Positions 27,801 through 41,134 of a DNA stretch of 64,000 nucleotides are shown piece by piece (position 1 is the first letter of the stretch; the number at the start of each line of letters is the position of its first letter). The stretch lies in contig NOWV01000110.1 of NCBI GenBank assembly GCA_003344405.1, positions 124,001 through 188,000 on the forward strand, in the 5' to 3' direction. The notes below the pieces were generated by a model. It had not been told where the DNA came from. It saw nothing but the letters and a program-made list of their open reading frames with translations, and did not search any database. Source of the DNA: Trichoplax sp. H2. Its lineage: Eukaryota. The position numbers and the translations under genes were made by a program.

Positions 27801-30800
27801 CATTTGAATTTGTTAGCTATAAGTCATGAAACTAGAGGCACAATATTATATTAGCAAATTAATGTCATAATCTACCTAAATTCAAGTCAGTTCGATTTTA
27901 ATTCATAACATTTCTAATGACACTATCGTTAAATGAAATTATGAACATCGAAAGAAGCAAAAGTTCTCTTAAACAAAGATCTAACTTGTGACTTATTGCC
28001 TTTGGGATATCATGTAAAAGATCTCTTCTTATTTTTCCAAAGTCATATATCAGTCAAGTAGCTGTACATTATAATATATCGAAGCTGTTGATCAAATAAA
28101 TATTACCATACTAACTCTAATTATATTCGAATATAATGAAAGCTTCAAATTTGAAGCTCTGCAGGCATATATTAAATATTTAGCATGCATACCCGTAAGT
28201 GGATGACTTGTATTATTTCACGGCATAATAATAATGTCGTATTAATATTAGCCAGCTTGCTAACTAAAAAAAAATCATCTTAATCAATTATAAGCCAAAT
28301 CATACCAATAGATACTAGCTAAATATTATATTAATGTGTTAGGCTTGTGTCTACTTTGACATGGATAAGCAATTTAAAGGACTATTTTAATATCTTCATA
28401 ACGGAAGTAAGCTACATCCGATGACCACTACGCTTTTTAGTAAAACATTTTACTAACCGACATAATTTGTGATATTGAAAACATACGCAAATAATATCCT
28501 ACATTCCAATTGCTAGCTTAATTGCTATTCAAAACCTTATCAGTAGACAGTATCAAGGCTATTTTAGGCTAGAATAGCTATGACAATAAATATTTTAGGG
28601 CTTAGTATCTGAAAGTTAAAGTACTTAGCTTAGGAAGTGTAACACTGCAAGCAAATTACTTAAGTCTACGGTCTGCAAATTGCGATCTATTATGGAGCCT
28701 AAATCCTGGAATTGAGCTTTTATGCTTCAACGCTTCAGAAAAAAATTTATTGGAAAACTTATTAACAAAGAAATAATTTCTTTCATAGTTATTAAACTTC
28801 TAGACTTTTTTGCCTATAGTCAAAGTAAACAAGCAACAAAACTTAAAATCAGATTCAACGATGCTAATCTTCCATTCTAATAAATAAAATGTTCTCGAGA
28901 AGTTGATAGAATAATAAAATATAGACTGTAATAATAATGCATTATTTAAAAAGTTAATGTGAGTGGCTACACTAGAATTGTACTATAATAACCAGCAAAA
29001 CAGATTGATATTATTATTAAGTGCTAATAAATTCAAATCTTTGCCACAAAATTTAGATATTTACCTATATCATAATGTCTTAAAAATTAGTAATTCATAA
29101 ACTTACCTCACTAAATTGTTTTAATAGGACACGCTAATGATACTAAAGGTTAATCATGCGTAAATTAAAACGATGTTATTTCTCTTTAATTAATAGTTAC
29201 CTACGCAAAGGATATATAAACCAAAACTCTTAGTAATGATTAAGGTTGCATTTTGCTACTAATTCGATAGTATTTTTTCTTGTGTTATCGCATGAATTAG
29301 CTGACCAAACGAATTAGCTAACCTTGGATAAACTGCAAATTTATAAAACATATGCATATAATCAATTCAGTAGTATAGCCAGCTTACTTAGCCAAATAAC
29401 TTCTTTTCAATTTTTTTTTAATTTCTTGTCCCGTAGCATTCAATTTCAAGTACAATTTTTACTCAGTTGCCGACATAACATATTCACCTTACTGCAAGCG
29501 GTAAAAGCCAGAATAGATACAGGTAGGTGATAAGTGATTAACACTAAATTGTTTGATTATGCTAATACGATTAATTTTCAAAATATGTTTATACAATATA
29601 TTTTTGCTTAATAAATTAAATAGAAATTTGTAGTGCAAATGGATGTTTGGCAATAATATCGATCATTTACAGCCAGAATAAAATATAAAACTTACCTAAA
29701 TGATATCTTCCTGATTTTGAGCGAGATCAGACAGTACAGAATGACAGTTGAAATTTTTCACCTTTATTACCAACACTGATAATAGCATAACTTCGTAACA
29801 CTGACTGAATGAAAAACACTACGAGCAGTATTAAAGCTATTTTCATGATATTACAGAAATAAGTAGAGAAGAGATTGAGAATTTTTCTTTATTACAGTCC
29901 TTTTCATATTCCATAGTCACATAAAATGAAATTAAAACAGGGACAAATACGACGATAAAATATACAACATCTGTAATTGTACCATCGTTGATAAGTTACA
30001 TTTGCCTGTTAAATGTCTTACCGCGGATCAATACATTCATATCGCTAAGTACTCGTAAAGTTGTCGCACTGTTTAAACTATAACTGAACCAAATGAATAA
30101 GGCCAAAGAAAAACTGCGAAAGAGTTATCCATTTCATGATACACTGTTGCTTATTGCGAAATTATCAGATCAAGTAGATTTTAGTAAGTAAGCCATGTCA
30201 TGAGTGAAATTTGGAGATGACGACTTACTGTACATGTACATTGCTCATCACATTCGCAATAAGAAAGAAATATAAAATTTCAAATTTGGAAGATTAGGAG
30301 ATTGAATAAACATATTTGCGAGGTCTGCAATGTATTTACAGGTCTTACATTAATTTAATACCCAAAAATACACGACTTTTAAAGTAGCATCATAAATAGA
30401 ATAAGATAAAAATAACTTGGGCAGATTTTTTGCAAGTATTTTATACACCATTGAACTACGGCTGAAACGTTATCACGACATTTTGATAATGACATCTTTT
30501 ATTTATCGTACCTTAACTATTAAGACTAACTTAAATAGGTGCTTATGCCATCACGTATTTTTTTGCTGTTATGATTTTATTTTAGTAAATTTTACCGTAA
30601 AATTGCCGTATTTTTTCTCTTTATCGTTGGCATAATTGATATAAAGATTTCTTGACCTACATATGGATTGGAAGGTAGCGTTTCAAATTTGAAGATGGAT
30701 AGTATTACTTTTGCATAACTGTTGAGCACTGTATCCAGTATTTTGGAGTTACAATAAATTTCAATTTCTGTAGAAGTTCGAACATCACTGGTATTTTATC

Positions 30801-30831
30801 TTCACTTCGTTTTTCTTTCGGTATCTATTTG

Positions 30832-31789
30832 CTACTCTTTGATTTTAATACAACTACTGGTATTTAATGAGCTTTGATTTATAGGTAGACTTTCATTAGG
30901 CGGATCATCTGAAGTTTCCTCTTCTGTCACCTCTTCGATTCGCTGTAATGGATAAGAAGGTACCACAGGAAGCCAAGTCGATAAGGGTTTATAAAGTCTT
31001 GTGATCGTCACAGCTTGGTAGTCATCCTTTCTGCCGCTATCACTGTAGCATTTATCCTCCGGATGACATGTCGAATCAATATCTTCACTTTCAAGTTGAT
31101 TTTGACCTTGAAGCAATAAATCGCTTTCTTGATGAGAATCTGCAGGCGTTGTTTGATGCTGATATTTGGATTTACAAATTTTTTGCCGATTTTTTTTCAT
31201 CGTGCATTTTCTGGAATAAAATTGCATGGATTCTTCAAAGTCATTGGTTATTTTATTTAAGAACCACCCATCGGAAGCTATCACAGGATTGATGACTGTT
31301 TTCCTATAATACCTAAAAAATTGCATTACGTGAATCAGTCAAGTTGTAGACGCGTACAAGAAAAAGGAGACCTTAATGCAGCAATCATCGCTTTCGAGAG
31401 AATCTATATCTAAATCGATATTGATATCACGGATTAAGGTACACTATCGTATGCAAGTCGATTTTACAAAAGTTAAATACATCATAATTTCAAGTAAGAT
31501 TACACTTTACTTTATTCATATCACCTTTGCATTAACATATCAAAATAAGTCATTTATTTACTTTATTTCTATCCTGTTCCGCTATCCAAGAAATGATCAA
31601 ACTAGATGCATTTCGTATCGATGCTATGCATGATATGTGCTACTTATTGGTCAATTAAACAAACTATAGCATAAGTAAATTAAAACACAGCAGTCGATAC
31701 TGTATTTGAACGTACCACCAAGGCAAATTCTTGCAAGTTGTCCACCTTTCCAAGATAACTTCACGCGGACAAAAAATGGTAAAAGCCAT
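30832..31789 (-). CDS. HAX1-like / MLF-related paralog 2, C-terminally truncated (184 aa; possibly a pseudogene); exons 31789-31716 and 31312-30832
   Basis: 74-nt exon 1 MAFTIFCPREVILERWTTCKNLPW(W), TG|GTACG donor and TTTTTTAG|G acceptor. It shares YYRKTVINPVIASDGWFLN and RLYKPLSTWLPVVPSYPLQRIEE blocks with paralogs 1 and 3, but stops before the TRSIGD domain. Confidence 0.65.
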
Positions 31790-32101
31790 GCTGTATTTGA
31801 TTTAATCTATTGCTCGAGATGCACCAGTACCTATCGACAGTAGCATAATTAATTACAATCTACGTGACTCTAAAATCCACTTCAACGATCAGCTACTACG
31901 ATCAATAAGAATGCACTATCCAATTACTTTCCAATCAATCGGATGATTGCTTTCACTTCTCACTGGTCTCCTGCTCAAGATCAATCCCTAAACAACCGAT
32001 TCAATTCGACGCTAGTTCTCAATTTTTAAAGCTATCTCCATTCGCTCCTTCTACTGGTTAGCGTATCCAAACAATAGCACCACTAGAATATGTTCAAGAT
32101 T

Positions 32102-32180
32102 TATATAATATATATATATACCGTGAGCAAGGTTTGTTTATCTAGACTATTCTATTCTTCCTTTCTGGTCTATTCCAGAA
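32102..32180 (-). promoter_or_regulatory. Putative promoter of HAX1-like paralog 2: TATA plus HSE-like element
   Basis: TA-repeat TATA at 32102-32120; TTCtgGTCtaTTCcaGAA at 32163-32180 (3 of 4 nGAAn units perfect). Confidence 0.45.
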
Positions 32181-33633
32181 TCTCAGTCAGACGCTATAGG
32201 ACGCATAGTAGTGAATAGGTTTGTATACTCTTGTTGACTACGTTAGAATAGTTTAAAAATTTTATTGTATTGGCCTATTTCCTGCAATTGTCTTTCCTTC
32301 AAGTATAATTAGACCAATATACAAGACGTGCTGTTATGCACGTTTAGCAGGCGGGTAATGAGGTAGCAAGAGTGCCCAATCCATCCTATTTATTTACTTA
32401 TCGAGTATAGAAATCGATTTTTCTCGATGCAAGTATAGGCGATGTGTTTTGCTAATATTAGACAAGCCATTTCAATATCATGGCTGCAGGATGACCTTGG
32501 TGACGTCAGATTGGGTGAAACCACTATGTACCGTATAGAGTGGTTTTGCCATTAGAAATTGAAAATTTTGAGCACTAAGTTTAGCTTGGTATTTTTTACT
32601 ATATCAGTAGACTACAGCAACATGATTCATTCCTACTTAGATTCAACTGTGGCATGATAATGTGCTTGCAATGATAGTTAATCTCTGCTTGAGCTAGCAG
32701 TATACTGTATCCATGTCAATAATTTCTAGTCGTTTAGATAACATTAGAATTGGATAGATAATAACTCTTATCAATTCATTTGAAGTTATAGTATCTTGTA
32801 GAAGGATGTTTTATTCATAAAGCAAAAGCTAGCCTGCAATGAATTCGATGTTTAGTTACTACATACCCAAAATACTGTAGTAATAAATCGATATTGTATA
32901 CGTCTTAATACAGAGAAATTGAATGGTGCTATTCAAGGTCAACTGAACAGTATCCTTAAATAAACCGGTGACATTTTTGCCAAATACATTTAGCAACAAT
33001 AGCACGATGACGACTAATCTAAGGAATTAAACAATAGTAAAGTCTATATAATCGTAAGGTAGGTTTCCACGAGACAATGTATTTATGAAAAACACAACGA
33101 TTATAATTATCCCCCAGTCACGTAGAACTGATCATTTTCATGATAAATATAGTATTTTAAGGTATCTTTAGAACGTCAAAAATTGGCTTTACAATTGTGA
33201 AAAATGTGTGCATTGAAGAAATTGAATTTAGACATAGTACCGGTACTCATCGAAATTTGTTGCCCTTTACTGAAATAACACTATCAAAGTACAGTGAGCA
33301 AGAAAGAGATCACCGCATGGTTAGTATTACCGTTCAAGTCAAATCTTATTTATTGAGTAATTAATTGCTTAAGTAGAAATAGCTGTTCTTGTTGTACATA
33401 GGTACGGTAAAGTGCGGGAATGCACCTAAGCAAGGCACTCTACTGCAAATCACCAATTCATCATTATATTTATAGAGTAATGAAAGCTTCTACGCGATAG
33501 TAGATAGATATTTATGTGTTAGTGTTGCAGTTCCTTCAATAAATTTATCATTTTCATGAGTAGTAACTTACTGCCACAGTGAACTGCTAGTTCTTCATTA
33601 ACAGTCCAATTCACTTTACGAAGTATTGAAAAT

Positions 33634-33718
33634 CAAAATTTCATTTAATTTCAGAATAGAATGCTTTTAATATTAATTAGTATTAAAGCATTCTATTCTG
33701 AAACTAAATGAAATTTTG
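33634..33718. repeat. Near-perfect 85-bp AT-rich palindrome
   Basis: The left arm CAAAATTTCATTTAATTTCAGAATAGAATGCTTTTAATATTAA matches the reverse complement of the right arm with 2 mismatches and 1 indel; there is no spacer. Confidence 0.92.
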
Positions 33719-34504
33719 GATTTAAGTAACAGTTATATTATATATCACACGTTGAATAATGGTTATCAACGGGCTGGGAAATAGCCAATCACAATCTTTA
33801 GTCTCATTGGAAACGCTATATTTATTCCTGCTGATAATTTCAAAGAGAGTTGGAAACATCTTCGTGCTATCGATACTCACAGCAGTCCCGGTACTTAGCA
33901 TTGGATCCCTGATTTGCAACACTTCGTAAAGACCAGTAGAAAATTTATCCTATCTAACCATCTTTTATCTACTACTAGATATTAAAATATTTTATTGTTG
34001 CAAATTTAAATTTTACTACGTGAACCTTAGAACGAAAAACATAATAAAACTCGTAGATTAGCTGCTATCGGAATATCTTCGTATCGAAACCACTTCAGAG
34101 ATCTATTTATGAAGAACACATTAACAAGTCAAATGCTTAAGTTACAGCAACTATAAATAACGTTTGTAATCGTAGGATAGTCTAAATTAAAGGATTTCAA
34201 TCCTTACTTTACAGTACAAATTGCAAGCTATAATTACGGCGAATTAATAATTAACATTTTACATTTTACACCGATAGCCTTTTACAGAACAGTAAATCAA
34301 TTACTGGAAATAATATTCCAATAATTTACGCCGTACAATAGAAGCGTGAAGTAAAAACAAAGCTGAATACAATAAGTAGAATAATACAAATTAATTAAAC
34401 TAGTGAGCTGTTAATTAATTAAAGGAGGTTGCTGATAATAGAAACTTCTAATGCATGAACTTACGCAGAAATTACTAGAGCAAGGCAACAGTTTATAGAT
34501 TTTA

Positions 34505-35906
34505 CTAAGTAATTGGCTTTGGTTGCTCCTGTTTTTCAGCTGCATCCAATGAGCGACCTGTCGGATTTTTAAATAAGTCATACCACTGATCCGGTTTGTC
34601 AAAATCTTTCAAATTTTCGTGAAAATCTTGAATGTTATCCGTATCGACATTAACATAGTTCTCCAATTGGTGCTCATTACCATCGGCATCCATAATGGAT
34701 GTAACAATATGTTTTTGATCACCGATACTACGAGTAATAGTCACCTTGTGTTCACCATCCTCAGAAATGATCGTTGATTTATTGTAGCTATAACTTTTTC
34801 CTCCATTCACTCTAGTTTGTGAAGTAGATTGATAGCTCGAGGATTTCTGATGGTGTTGATGTGGTATAGTTCCATGCTCGCTCAGGTAGGGATTTTGAGA
34901 GTCGTGCATAGCGTCGACTGTCAGATCGTCCATTGCTGCTTCTAATTCTTCTAGCGGATTTTGTCCGAAAAAGTGCAAATATCCTGGTACTGGACGGTAG
35001 AATCGTGATTGGCTGCGACGTTCTTCATGTCCAGGTCTAACGGCATGGTGTCCATGCAATGCCTGGTTTGCATGTCCATCTTGCTCTTTGCTTTCTTTTT
35101 GATCATTATTTACTTGATTACTAGCATTTTTATCCGTAGTAGCAGACCTAGGAGCATTCTTGTTACGGTGTTCATGCCTGTATCTTTCGCTAGGTAGCAT
35201 TGGCCGAAAAACAAAGCAATCGCCAAATTCGTCTATTTCAACTTCTGGCATGTCATGGTATGGCCAGTAAGAAGGATATAAACTTCTTCTGTATGGCCTA
35301 GAATCAGCACATAATTTAAATATTTTACTTCTTGTAAAATAGACCAAATAAAAGTTATCCAAGATATGGAGATATACAGTAACCGATAAAGAAAATAAGA
35401 TTATAAATTCTCTTCAATTGATAACGTACAAAATGGTCAATACTACGTTTAAAATTAGATATAATTTTACTTATTGTTTGATCAATAAAAAATTTTAAAA
35501 TTTATTGCAGCATCTTTTCTAGAAATTTTAAATCTGCGCAGTATACTGTACTAATTATAATCGCAATTTTCAATATTTATTCGACAATTTCTAAAGGAAT
35601 ACAAGTAGTACAGTAGGTAGGTGCACATCTATACTCATACAGTACAGCCAATATCCAGTAAATGGGTCTATTAAGCTACAGTAAGTAATCATAAGTAAAA
35701 AATAATACACTTACTAGTCGTAGGCTACACCATTCTGCATTTAAAATGTAGAATTAAATCATTGAACGCCTATATCAAATTGCTCAATCTTAAGTTACTA
35801 TTTCCAACGTTTCTCGATAATATTCTACTTACCACCTAGGTGGCTGGTCGAAGAAATTTCTCCTACCGGATCGTAGTCCTTTAGGATACCAGGGTGAAAA
35901 TGACAT
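34505..35906 (-). CDS. HAX1-like / MLF-related protein, paralog 3; exons 35906-35833 and 35297-34505 (288 aa)
   Basis: 74-nt exon 1 MSFSPWYPKGLRSGRRNFFDQPPR(W) with TG|GTAAG donor and TTCTAG|G acceptor. C-terminal KSTIISEDGEHKVTITRSIGDQKHIVTSIMDADGNEHQLENYVNVDTDNIQDF aligns with paralog 1. Confidence 0.78.
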
Positions 35907-36088
35907 TCTGTTGATGGAATTGAGCAATTTCAGTCTCTAATAGTATCGATGAGTGCTGACTATTTATGTACCCAAAGCGTAGAAACAAAACTGGAAACTG
36001 ATTTATCAACAAGCTAAAGGCAAACGGTGCAATTGGAAGAAACTGATCTATGCCATCGACAGCATCATCAAGTTCCCTGGCCGGCCAC

Positions 36089-36130
36089 TTATATATCTTT
36101 GCCACCATGAATTTCTAGTTAATTCTAGTT
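36089..36130 (-). promoter_or_regulatory. Putative promoter of HAX1-like paralog 3: TATA plus degenerate HSE
   Basis: ATATATAA on the minus strand at 36096-36089; TTCtaGTTaaTTCtaGTT at 36113-36130. Confidence 0.4.
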
Positions 36131-39100
36131 CTCCTTGGTCTCGTAGACTATCCTATTGTTGCACTTACCTCTGTTGTGTATATCCATTAGCTTCGCTATT
36201 ATTCAATGGATTTATTTACAATTTTTGACTAGGAATAATATTTTAAATCTTTTCTTCATGATGATAATCAATGGTCCGATATTGTAAATAGTGTATAACT
36301 ACTGTACACACGTATAACAGCGTTCTCCAAGGTTTAAGAGTTGATTTATGCTGTGATCATTGATCTGGTGCACTAGTTGCTGAAAGTTTGCTTGTATATT
36401 AAGCGCCTTAATTAATAATGAGATCGACTTGAGTTGTAAACAAATAGTAAATGAATTAAGGATGACAACTTTTAGATTCTAAATATCGGCATTATGCACT
36501 ACACTTAACCTACAGCTATTTTACTGGCTGACTATGAAAGAAGCATTGAGAAACTACTGCTTCTGTTATCAAGCGGCCAGCAGAGTACTAAGAAATTACA
36601 GCATTACTTAATCAAGTGTTTCTTTGCTGAAGTCTATTGATGTTTTTTTGCCTTTTCCAGAACTTGATCCTAGCCGCTAGAATGGATGGCTTTACTGTAA
36701 AAATGCATCCGAAAAGGATTGCCTCAACTATAAATCAAGGCGCCGAGTAGTAAGGAACTGTTTATTCGTTTTGGTATGGATGCACTAACGTTCAGTAAAC
36801 AGAAGGTTCTACGAATTGTTAACAACTCCAATCAACTTATAGCAGTTCAATACTGACTGGCTTTCAAAACGCTACTTGAAAAGCTTTTAAAGTCCTGTAA
36901 AGCAATGTGTTAAGTAATAACAGACTGTTTATTAGTTGACTTAGTTATTTACCAACACCTACGGGAAGTACCTTATTATGCACCATTCTGGAAGTTTCGG
37001 GTAGTTCTAAATAACTTTGCTAATGTTAATTTCTTCTCAACTGTCAAAATGGCAATCCGTCCCCTACTGTGCAAATATCAAGGAAGCGTGAAATAGCAGT
37101 AATTTAGGAATCCTTAATGATGTCACTATAGTACGGCATCCATATTTGAAGAGTATTTGCAACGCTGCAGTAGACTACGTCTTCGGAAGCAAGCTCACCA
37201 CTGCATCGCATAGTGCTTCAATAGCATACCCAGTCAAGTTTTTTCGATGTTTCTGCCTTACCGAACAAGATATTGCTCTAATGGATTTTAACTGAGTTGA
37301 GAGTATTAGCAAATCAATTATGCAACGCTTTAGACCATCCAATACCAAAGTCTCATTTCATAAGGCAGACATCAAAAAATATTTGATGGAAGCGCCTGTC
37401 TAATACACATTGCAGAACTCGTCAAAGTCTACCGTTTTACTAATTTAAAATAGACGCCTAGAATCACCGAGTTTTCACGTCGAAGATGGTGTGCCTAGTC
37501 GTGTAATATCCTACAGAAATTTGCATTGACTTGTACTGTATAAATAAGGCATTTTATTGATTTGATGAATTTGGTAATTTACGTAACCTATTAATTACCC
37601 GTTACTTGAAGTTGTGAGCTTAATTTAAAGCAGTAGTTGCATCCATTTGATCGACAATCAAATCCCTGATAGACAAATGAAAGTCTTGCTTTGAGATTAA
37701 CTCCAGGACACTTAAAGGGATAAACGAGATGAGACTACTATCAGCAGACCTTCACGTATTTTACTTGAAATTTCTAGAATGAGGAGATACTTTATGATAT
37801 ATTCACTCTTGTTTTCTTAATTTAGAATTTATTTTGCTTCTGTTCAAGTATACGTAATATAGCTATTGTTAGTTGCAATGGAAATGCATTTGATCCGCAG
37901 TTTTATATTAAAATATAAATCCTAAACTAAACACTGTCATAATGCTTGGATCAAGTATGTTTTAGTCAACATTTGTAAGATTTACTGCAATAAAAGCTAT
38001 TTATCCACTGCTGAAATACGTAGAAGAAAAGTTTTATCCGCTATGGATTTTCGAAAGAAACCTATAAATACTTCAAATTAAAGAGACTATCCATACTTGA
38101 AATTTATGGCATACTTTTACAATGAATAAAAAGAAATGACCTAAGGTAACAGGAACTTTGAGATAATAGTATGATTTGTTCCGTTTGAAAGACAAAAACA
38201 TTGTCTGCATATTTGCACTTGCTATCTATCATACTATTTTAAGGAATGTAAAGCTAAAATTTCTGTAATAATTGGATTATAGAGTTTTTATTATCTGTTT
38301 GGATTTGATTGATTAAAAATAATCATCTAACCGTAAAAGGTTATTCCAACTTTTAATCATTAATCCTGTACAGTATATACGGACTTAAGAAGCAATGGGG
38401 TTGAAAGATTACAGTTACTGTATACTGTATAATAGCTTATTACCTCCAGTTGGTAGTAAGAAGAGAAAAGAAGATAAAAATTCGAGATAAATAGCAATCC
38501 CTTGCGGCAAGGTACGATTGAACCTGCTTGATCAATAGACAGTAATGAGTAGGAAAAGAGGTAATCTGGAAACATGTCGGCAATTCTTACACGTAGCTAA
38601 ATCCACAATTTAAATGAGATTGTACATAGTGCGTAATAGCTATAGCCTGATGTTTATCCTGTTTTAAGGCTTGATTTCAATTGTCACAAACATCATAATT
38701 ATTTACGGCAGTATTTGAAAAGATGTATATCATTAATATACGAGATTTCTATCTAGTAATTATGAATGCTGTAGACAGTTATAACTTTACTGTAGAGCGA
38801 AACCTTAATCTAGGTGAATTCAGAAAGATCTTCATTTTAATGTAAAAGTATTAGCGAAGTATTTCCAGGTAGTTGCAGCTAGCATTTTACAGATATAATA
38901 AATAACACATTCGCATGATTCTAATAAAAGAATTAGCTAGCTTATTATTAGAAGACAATCTTTGTTATAGATAAGTACGGTAGTGTTAATGATGTAACTT
39001 AAACGAATTAAATATTGCATCATTTGCTATCATATTCAATCAATTACCATGTTCGTATATGATGCAACCCGTGTTCTTAATTATTAAAAATACAGTCACG

Positions 39101-41134
39101 AACTATAACTAGTGTCTAACTATAAATAATAAACTCTCAAATTCAGCAATAAAGCCTTTATCTGTAGATTTATGATACAGCTATGATGGCAATATTATCT
39201 TCTTAGGGAAGCATGAGAATAAAAAGAGGTTTTCTCTTATCAGACCAAGCTGATTCTAAATCTCAAGAGAATCTTTCTACAACTCGAATCAATATTTTAA
39301 ATAGAATTTTGTTATCTTATTATACGCAATTAAATCGAAATTTGTCAGCAAACGCATGTGTTACCGAGTAATTTTTCATAGTTGTCGTAACATAGGTTCT
39401 ATAAGATAATCTTTCTAGGAACGTATCTACATACCGCTATCTATATCCTTTTACCTATTTTTAATAAATAACTGCATAGTTTTCTAATATTATCTATAAT
39501 TACTATTTAAATCGATTGACTATAAATTAACTGACTTCCCAATAAAGTCTAACGATAGAAGATCGCCAGTATTTAGAGTCATACTGTAGGTTAATGTCAG
39601 GGAGGACAAACCAGACAGTAGACTGGTAGTATAATTTCCAAAATAGTTTTAGCATTTTCCTTGTTATAAGTTTCGATTTGTAAGAGCATGTTAGAACTAC
39701 TTCTACCTAACAACTTAGCGTTACGTAAATTGCTAATCTTGAATCATCACCTTTTATGTAATTTATATAAACTTTGTATCAGTTAAGTCTGTTTCTTTAA
39801 AAATACCAAAGCACATTAAAGCAAATTTAGAATTTCCTAACTGCCTAAGTATTTAACAAGGGTATACAAGTCCAGAGAGAGAAATACCATGCTGACTTCG
39901 AGTATACATGTAATAAGATCTCCCTACCAATGCCTTTATAACCCTTACCATTATAATATGGTAAGATGGTTTAAAGTAATCTGAATTATTATTTTGATAT
40001 TTTAGCAATATCTGCAAGTCTTTTGCTTGCACTCGTTGTCGTGTAATTAAGGAAAGAATCATATTTTCAGTTAACATTACATCATATCCCACTGGCGATG
40101 CTCTAGCGCTAAGGTTTGCTAAATTATGCAAAATTTAGATTTTATTTCGTCAAATAAACATCAATTATTAAAAATGTTTTTCTTCCATGTTATTTATTTA
40201 TGTCGTAGCAATTAATGTTGTAGATCAGTCATAGTATTATTTCGATTGTAATGGACTTCAGCCTATTTTTTGATTATAATTTACCCGAAATGAGCATCAT
40301 TTTCTTTATAGACGTAGATCATTAACTCGAAAGATAGCAAATAACATAAAAGAGGTTACGGGAAATTGAGTAATCAATGTAAGTGGGTGGATATTAATCA
40401 TAAATTTGGTGCTTATGAAAATTTTATTATTAATCTGTGCATGGTCTGCAACATATCGACAATTGATCGTGTTTCATGCAGTGCCATAAGCTTCATATTT
40501 TACTTCTAAACTATTTCTTTGTGTTCAATTGAAGTAAAATCCAGCTTAACACAAGCACAGTAAAAACTCATTTTAGTAACCTGTACAACTGTAGTAAGTC
40601 ATAATAAATCTGAATTATATTTGCCAATCATATAATCATACAATCATATCGCTGTCAATCTATTCCATCAACATTATTGATAATCTTGATGGAATCGAAT
40701 TATAATTAAACTAGTGCAAACTCCCGTCGCTTTACTGACGGTTTGCGATAATGTGGTCATTTAACATAGCTATCATGTAATCAAATACAGATCGTATTAA
40801 AATCGCTGCAAAGTTAAATTCACCTGCCAAGGAAAAGAGAGATATTGCTTTTTTTGAATAACGGCAAAGTGAATAGGTGTAACATTGCTTACCGGTCCGG
40901 TAACAATCTAGCGTTTAGCGTTAATTTGCTACTTTATAGTGCAGTAGTACACTCACAAGCTGGAGAATAGAATAGAAAATCCTTTAAACCTTGCTGTGCA
41001 GGGTGATGCGAATATCTGGAAACGCTTTACACCTATATGGGGGCAAAACTGTCATTGCTATAGGTATGAAATTTCGTACTTAGAAAGTTTCAGATCAAGA
41101 AAATATATTCCAGTTGTAATTAATTATTGATCTA

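Noticed and set aside
35881-36108. 75-aa minus ORF as exon 1 of paralog 3
   Set aside because: Its ATG lies upstream of the putative TATA and it is out of frame with the 74-nt exon that matches paralog 2 in length and phase.
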